64,000 nucleotides of DNA from Scyliorhinus canicula. Taxonomy: Eukaryota. The DNA is taken from assembly GCF_902713615.1 (NCBI RefSeq), contig NC_052157.1, positions 14,618,566-14,682,565 on the forward strand. Direction: 5' to 3'. This document shows positions 58,030 to 64,000 of this stretch, piece after piece (the stretch's first letter is position 1; each line of letters begins with the position of its first letter). The notes below the pieces were generated by a model. It was not told where the DNA came from. It saw only the letters and a program-made list of their open reading frames with translations, and made no database searches. A program made the translations under genes and the position numbers.

Positions 58030-59231
58030 TCCGGTTTTGTACAGGATGTAGAAGGGGGTACCCCGCCCCTCAGTGGGGGAGTGTGTATTCCCCATTTGGG
58101 AATATCAATTCCCCAGTCTCATAAGTGTCCCATGACCTGTTTAACTCCACTAAAGATGAGACGATAAAGGGTTTACGCACCCGAATGAGTCAAAATCCAT
58201 TTGTACTTCCTGGAATGCTGAGATTTTTCCACGAATCACATTCTGCACTTTCAGTGGAATATGTAAACCCAGGGACATTGTTTCAAATTCTCATGACGGG
58301 AACCGGTATTTTATTTTTATCCGTGGCTGATTAAATTATGATGTTTTATTTTGCAGAACTATCTTTAGCCCGTCTTCCTCCCTCACAAACCCCCCCCGGC
58401 CCCACCCCTCCACATTTGCTCAGCAGCTGTTGCTGGGCATCGTGCGCCGACCGCAGGAAGTTGAGCTGTCGACTGGCTGACTCACAATCGTTGCTCTCTC
58501 CGGCAGTCACCTCAGATGAAATGAACCCCCCCCCCCCCCACCCCGCCTTCAATAAAAAAGGGCATTCCGCGCTTCACCACCAACTGGTTCCAATTTGAAG
58601 TGCTCTGTTGATAGCTTCAGCTCACCGCAAACCGTATTTCTCATTGTGTCTTTTGTCTGAGGATCGCACGTCTCTTAAAAGGGACAATCACTGATGTTTC
58701 GAGGAAGGAAGTAGCACAGCAGAGCTCTCTGTTTTAGCCCGATTGGAACGGTATCATGTGCAGGCTGTGCAACGATGCCTTCCTGAATCAAATTATATTA
58801 ATGTGTGCAATCTGCTGTAAGAGATGGATGACTGGGGGAATTGAATTGAAGAGATATCTTGTTTGGCTTCATGACTTGTATCAGAGCAACTTCCTGACCC
58901 GCATGTATATCTCCCCGAGGTAGAAGCAAGGTCGGATTGTCACTCGATGAGTAATCTAGGGCAAGATCCATGACAGGTGGTGAAATTTGAACTCAATTAA
59001 AAAAAATAATCATTTGGAACACATCTGGCTCAGTAATGTCCTTGAGGGAAGGAAATCTGCCATCATTACTTGGTCTGGCCTACACGTGACACCAGAGCCA
59101 CAGCAATGTGGTTGACTCCCAAATGTGCCTCTGCAATGAAGGGCAGTTAGAGATCAGCAAGAAATGCTGGCCCAGGCATCCTGTAAATGAATATTTAAAA
59201 ACAAAAATCACCCATCGCCGGAGCCTCAGGG

Positions 59232-59945
59232 ATAGAATAGAAGAATAGAATCCCTGCAGTACAGAAAGAAGCCATTCGGCCCATCATGTCTGCACTGACC
59301 CTCTGAATGACCACCCTACCTAGGCCCAATCCCCCGCCCTTTAACCTCACCCGAAGGGACAATTTAGCATGCCCAATCCACCTAACCTGCACATCTTTGG
59401 ACTGTGGGAGGAATCTCACAGAGCACCCGGAGGAAACCCACGCAGACATGAAGAGAACATGTAAACTCCACACAGGCAGCCACCCACGGTGGGAATCAAA
59501 ACTAGGGGCGGAATTTTCCGACCCCCCGCAGGGTCGGGGAATCGCCCGGGGCCTTTGTAAATCCCGTCCCGCCGTGGCCGGAATTCTCCGCCACCCGGGA
59601 ATCGCCGGGGGCGGGAATCACGCCGCGCCGGTCGGCGGGCCTCCCATGCGGCGATTCTCCAGCCCGCGATGGGCTGAAGTCCCGCCGCTGACAGGCCTCT
59701 CCCGCCGACGTGGTTTAAACCACCTCTGGTGGCGGCGGGAGCAGGCGGCGGGAGCGGGCCCCGGGGTCCTGGGGGGGCGCAGGGCGATTGGACCCTGGAG
59801 GGTGCCCCCATGGTGGCCTGGCCCGCGATCGGGGCCCACCGATCGGCGGGCGGGCCAGTGCCGTGGGGGCACTCTTTTTCTTCCGCCGACACCACGGCTT
59901 CCACTGTAAGGCAGCAGTGCTAACCATTGGGCCGCTGTGCCGCCA
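59232..59945 (-). mobile_element. HE1 V-SINE interrupted by a half MITE
   Basis: Tail and V-domain 59232-59505; head remnant 59902-59945. Confidence 0.9.
59506..59900. mobile_element. GC-rich Harbinger-like MITE, one end deleted
   Basis: Left TIR GGGCGGAATTTTCC; colinear with the first ~400 bp of 29487-30186; no right TIR. Confidence 0.85.
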
Positions 59946-61470
59946 TGATTTGGAAGTTTGTAATCAGAGACACTCTCTGAATCACTTCAATGGAACTGAT
60001 CCACAACAAGCGAATAAATGGATCAAACGTTAACCATTAAATCTCGAGCCATGTGGAATCTATGGAATGGATCAGCACAAATCTAGGAATGGATCCTTTC
60101 TAAACTATGGAGGGGTTCCATCATAAAAGCACTCAAAAAGATCTAGTCATTTGAATTACCATGAGGGTTCCTTGGTCATCTGCTGTAGCTTCAATGGATG
60201 ACTTGGAGAAGCCCACAGAAATTATTGGAGTTAATTCCTGAAAGATTCCTTGGTGAGACCCACTATTCAAGTGGAGGCATTGAAAAATGATTTGTATATC
60301 GCCTTAACTGCAAAATATTTCAAAGGAAGCAAATAAAAGGCAGAAAATGGCAAAGGATAAAAGAAACAAACTTTAATACTTTCCTGTCCTGTGGGAGACA
60401 TCTTCAGAAGTGGCAAATGATGCGCCCACCCACAAATTGAAGGGAAATTTGACAAATGTAAATAACAATTGACATAACCAGTTTCAGCCTCCATTCATAC
60501 CGATTATGTGGCTCTTACATTGATTTAACTGAGGGAAATGTCACAAAAAAAAAAATTAAGCATCGTTTTAATTAACATTTTCTTGGCTTGCGGGTACGAG
60601 AATACGGGTTTGTGGTGCATTAGGTGGTCGTAGCCAGGGGGACGGAAAAAGCTTCTAGATTTGGCTTCAGAATCTTTGGGCTAAGAGGTAGGGAGGGGAG
60701 GAGGGAGTTGGGGGAGGGGGGGGGGGGAGCGGTGGAGAGATAAATCGTCCAGAACCTCTACTTGCAATCACATGAGTGGCATGTTGAAGGACATGATGGT
60801 GGGTCGCCGGGGCCTGTAGAGCTGTACCCCAGAACAAGTCAATGCCTTTGGAATGTCTGGTACAAAGCAGAGCCTGGGCTGAGAGTTTGGGCAGCACTGA
60901 GGGGGTTAAATAATTTTTTTTTTTTCAACACTGGAAAATTCTACTTGCTCTGCGGAGGAAATGAGTGCAGAAGACTTTTTTGTTTAACTAAGTCAACATT
61001 TCTGCAGAACGGAGAGCTGCCAGCTAGGTACTTCATAGTTATATTGGAAAATATTTCTTCTGTCAGTCCACAGCTGTGCATTCACTTAAATTAACCCTGA
61101 CGCATGCACATGTTGCTTTGAACTGTCAAGTCAATATGATTGATAACTATCCTATGTCGGTTTGCTTGTCGCTATTGCAATCCAGGGTTTGGACAGATGG
61201 ACAAGGGAAGAGATCTGGATGGGTTGTACAACTGGCCGCTTGCCCATCAGGGAGAGATGGATTTTCTGCCTGTTCAGACGATACCCGTTGGCAGGATTCT
61301 GGGCACGTGTGGGCTAGCACGCCAACATGTGGGACACATTTCATTGGTTCATTGTTCTCCTCACGCATTGTACACTTTCCTGGGAAGGGTGAGGGGGGGT
61401 GGGATAGTGGGGGTTTTAGCTGTGTGAGACCTCCATTTGAATATGCAATATGATGCAAATTAACGCATAA

Positions 61471-61690
61471 AGGGTGGCACTTGGCACAGTGGTTAGCACT
61501 ACCGCCTACGTCGCTGAGGACCCGGGTTCGAATCCCGGCCCAGGGTCACTGTCCGTGTGGAGTTTGCACATTCTCCCCCGTGTCTAAGTGGGTTTCACCC
61601 CCACAACCCAAAGATGTGCAGGTTAGGTGGATTGGCTGTGCTAACTTGCCCCTTAAAAAAAAAATTGGGCACTCTAAATTTATTAAAAAA
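61471..61690 (+). mobile_element. Short poly(A)-type HE1-derived SINE
   Basis: TSD ~AAATTAACG(C/A)AT; shortened V-domain. Confidence 0.9.
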
Positions 61691-61761
61691 TTAACGAATG
61701 CAAACTTTTACAGTGCCTCATTTTTCTGGAGCTCTTACTCTCCCCAAAATGAAAATAAATA

Positions 61762-62120
61762 CTCGCATTTATGCATCTCCTTCCATGGCCATTGAAGGTC
61801 CCAAAGTACACTACAACCAATGATGTGCATTTGAAATGAATAGTCACTTTTGTAATGTTAGAAATGCAGCAGTCAATTTGTGCACAGCAAGATCCCACAA
61901 GGCGCAATGCGACAATGATCAAGAAGCCTGTTTTTAGCGCATGTTGGCTGCGGGTTGAATATTGGCCAGACAACCAAGGAGATTCACCCACTCGCTTCTT
62001 TGAGACAGCGCCATGAGATTATAACAGCAACTGCACTTTGAAAATATTCCATTGGCTGTAAAATGCTTAGGGGAATCCTGAGATTGTGACGACGCCATAT
62101 TAATACAAGTGTTTTCTTTC
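61762..62120. mobile_element. DeuSINE (SacSINE1-like) fragments: minus 61762-62020, plus tail 62020-62120
   Basis: gcagcagtcaatttgtgcacagcaagatcccaca; cattggctgtaaaatgctt. Confidence 0.65.
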
Positions 62121-62359
62121 TTTTTAGACCAAGTATTTGCAACAGTCACATTTACAAGTCATCTCTTCCAGCTATTCCAAGCCTGAACTAGTTCCATTCC
62201 TTTCTCTGTCATGGCTTCTCTCACCTGTGGTGGCATTTTCACCCTCTTGTTTGTATCTGTGCGTTCTAAAGAAAGGTGATGACTAAAGTTGATGCTTACA
62301 AGCACAGGGGGGGAGAGAATTCACCTAAAATACCAAAGAGAGGATTTGGGATAAACTGA

Positions 62360-62936
62360 GGGCGGTATTCTCCACTCCCGATAAAAATCGGGATGGCCGT
62401 CGTGAAATCGGCCGAGCTTCACGACAGCCTCGGGGCCCGCTGCCCGCACCTAATTCACCCCCACCCAGGGGGCTAGGAGCGGGCCCCCGTCGTTCCCGGC
62501 CCCGAACTCGTCGCGCCGGAAATGACGCGGGAATGGCCCTTTTCTGATGTCATCCGCGCGTGCGCGGGTTGCCGGTTCCAACCCGCGCATGCGCAGATGA
62601 CATCAGCACACAGACGGCATGAACCCGCGCATGCCAGTGCCGTCTTTCTCCTCCGCCGCCCGGCAAGACGTGGCGGCTTGATCTTGCCGGGCAGCGGAGG
62701 GGAAAGAGTGCGTCCGTTTTGGACGCTGGCCCCTCCCGAGCACAGTCGCGGTGTTCCCGTCCAAATCGGGCCCCTAGATGCCCCAAACGGGCATCTGGCG
62801 CCCGTTTCACGAATGCAGCGACCGGGTGTGGTTGCTGCCGTGGTGAAACGGGCGTGAAGGGCTGGCCATGCGGCCCATCGGGCTCTGAGAATCGCCGTTC
62901 GCCGTAAAAAACGGCGAGCGACGATTTTTCCGAGCT

Positions 62937-62971
<35 letters not shown>

Positions 62972-63042
62972 AAATCGCTAGGGGGGCGTAAAAAATGTTG
63001 GGAGGCCCTCCCACGATACGTTGGGAGCGGAGAATTCTGCCC
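62360..63042. mobile_element. GC-rich Harbinger-like MITE (683 bp, different subfamily), TSD TGA
   Basis: GGGCGGTATTCTCC / GGAGAATTCTGCCC; TGA at 62357-59 and 63043-45; G34 run at 62937-62970. Confidence 0.9.
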
Positions 63043-63111
63043 TGAATATAGCGTCAGAATGATGTGAATGTCATTGTCCTTAACCTTTCAGGCAAATATC
63101 CACAGAGTCTC

Positions 63112-63380
63112 ACTGAACCCTACTGTGCAGAAGGATGCCATTTGGCCCATCCAGTCCTGCACTGACCCTCTGAAAGAGCCCACTGCCTAGGCCCACTCCC
63201 AAGCCCTATCCCTGTAACTTCACGCATTGATCATGGCCAATCCACCTAACCTGCCATCTTTGGACTCTGGCCGGAAACCCGAGCACCCGGAGGAAACTCT
63301 CAGTCACGCAATCTCCACACAGGCAGTCACCCGAATTGAATCCAGGTCCTTGGCACTGTAAGGCAGCAGGGTTAACCAGT
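63112..63380 (-). mobile_element. HE1 V-SINE, diverged
   Basis: Reverse tail, V-domain and partial head. Confidence 0.88.
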
Positions 63381-63391
63381 ACGTATGCATG

Positions 63392-64000
63392 TCTGAGGTG
63401 TTCAAGTCAGACGACCCTGACCTATACAAGAAATCCCGGTACGACCTCCGCAAAACCATCCGAGATGCTAGGAGAGAATATCAAACCAAGCTGGAATCAC
63501 AGACAGACTTTCGATGGTTGTGTCAAGTAGTAAACAATATAACGGGCTACAAAGCAAAGCCGAGCAGTATCTCCGACAGCAGCGCACCCCTCCCTGATGA
63601 ACTCAATGCATTCTATGCTCGGTTCGAGCAGGAAACCAACAATCCGCTGTCGATTGCTCCAGCAGCCCATAACTCACTCATACCCACCATCACAACTTCC
63701 GAAGTCAGATTGGCCTTCCTGAATCTAAACCATCGGAAGGCGACGGGCCCGGACGGGATCCCTGGTTGTGCAGTCAGAGCCTGTGTGGAACAGCTGGCAG
63801 AGGTGTTCGTGGACATCTTTAACCTGTCTTTACTCCACTCCAAGGTCCCCACCTGCTTCAAGAAGACCACCATCATACCGGTGCCAAAGAAGAACCAGGC
63901 AACGTGTCTCAATGACTACAGTCTGGTGGCCCTGACTTCAGTCATAATGAAGTGCTTCGAGAGGTTGATCATGAAGCGCATCATCTCCATACTCCCACAA
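63392..64000 (+). pseudogene. Rex1/Babar LINE ORF fragment (pre-RT and RT N-terminus), runs off the window
   Basis: LPDELNAFYARFEQ, KATGPDGIPG, PTCFKKTTIIPVPKK, CLNDYSLVALTSVIMKCFERL. Confidence 0.92.

Noticed and set aside
62937-62970. Long G/C homopolymers as functional G-quadruplex elements (also 648-672, 29798-29820, 56352-56375)
   Set aside because: Mostly slippage-expanded runs within repeats; lengths are error-prone and there is no evidence of function.

Overview
Eukaryotic, repeat-dominated non-coding DNA. The repeat set (HE1 V-SINEs, SacSINE1-like DeuSINEs, CR1, Rex1/Babar, Gypsy, Penelope) points to a cartilaginous fish, probably a shark; this is an inference, and family names come from recalled consensus motifs, not a database search. 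I recognise no host protein-coding gene, rRNA, intact tRNA or CRISPR array. Every ORF with recognisable homology is a broken transposon ORF. The window contains about 35 tRNA-headed SINEs with several different 3' tails, LINE fragments, five decayed Gypsy elements, solo LTRs, and MITEs of PIF/Harbinger, Tigger and hAT type. Short unique stretches between them look like enhancers, consistent with an intron or gene desert. The most notable items are: (1) three palindromic Penelope-derived mini-elements, each with a 13-bp target-site duplication (TSD) and minimal hammerhead-ribozyme cores; (2) a Tigger-type MITE built from nested hairpins and a 21-bp array; (3) a Gypsy element in circularly permuted order; (4) a young poly(A)-tailed, TSD-flanked HE1 subfamily that appears to use a different LINE partner; (5) CpG-rich Harbinger-type MITEs carrying NRF1/ETS/CRE motifs.
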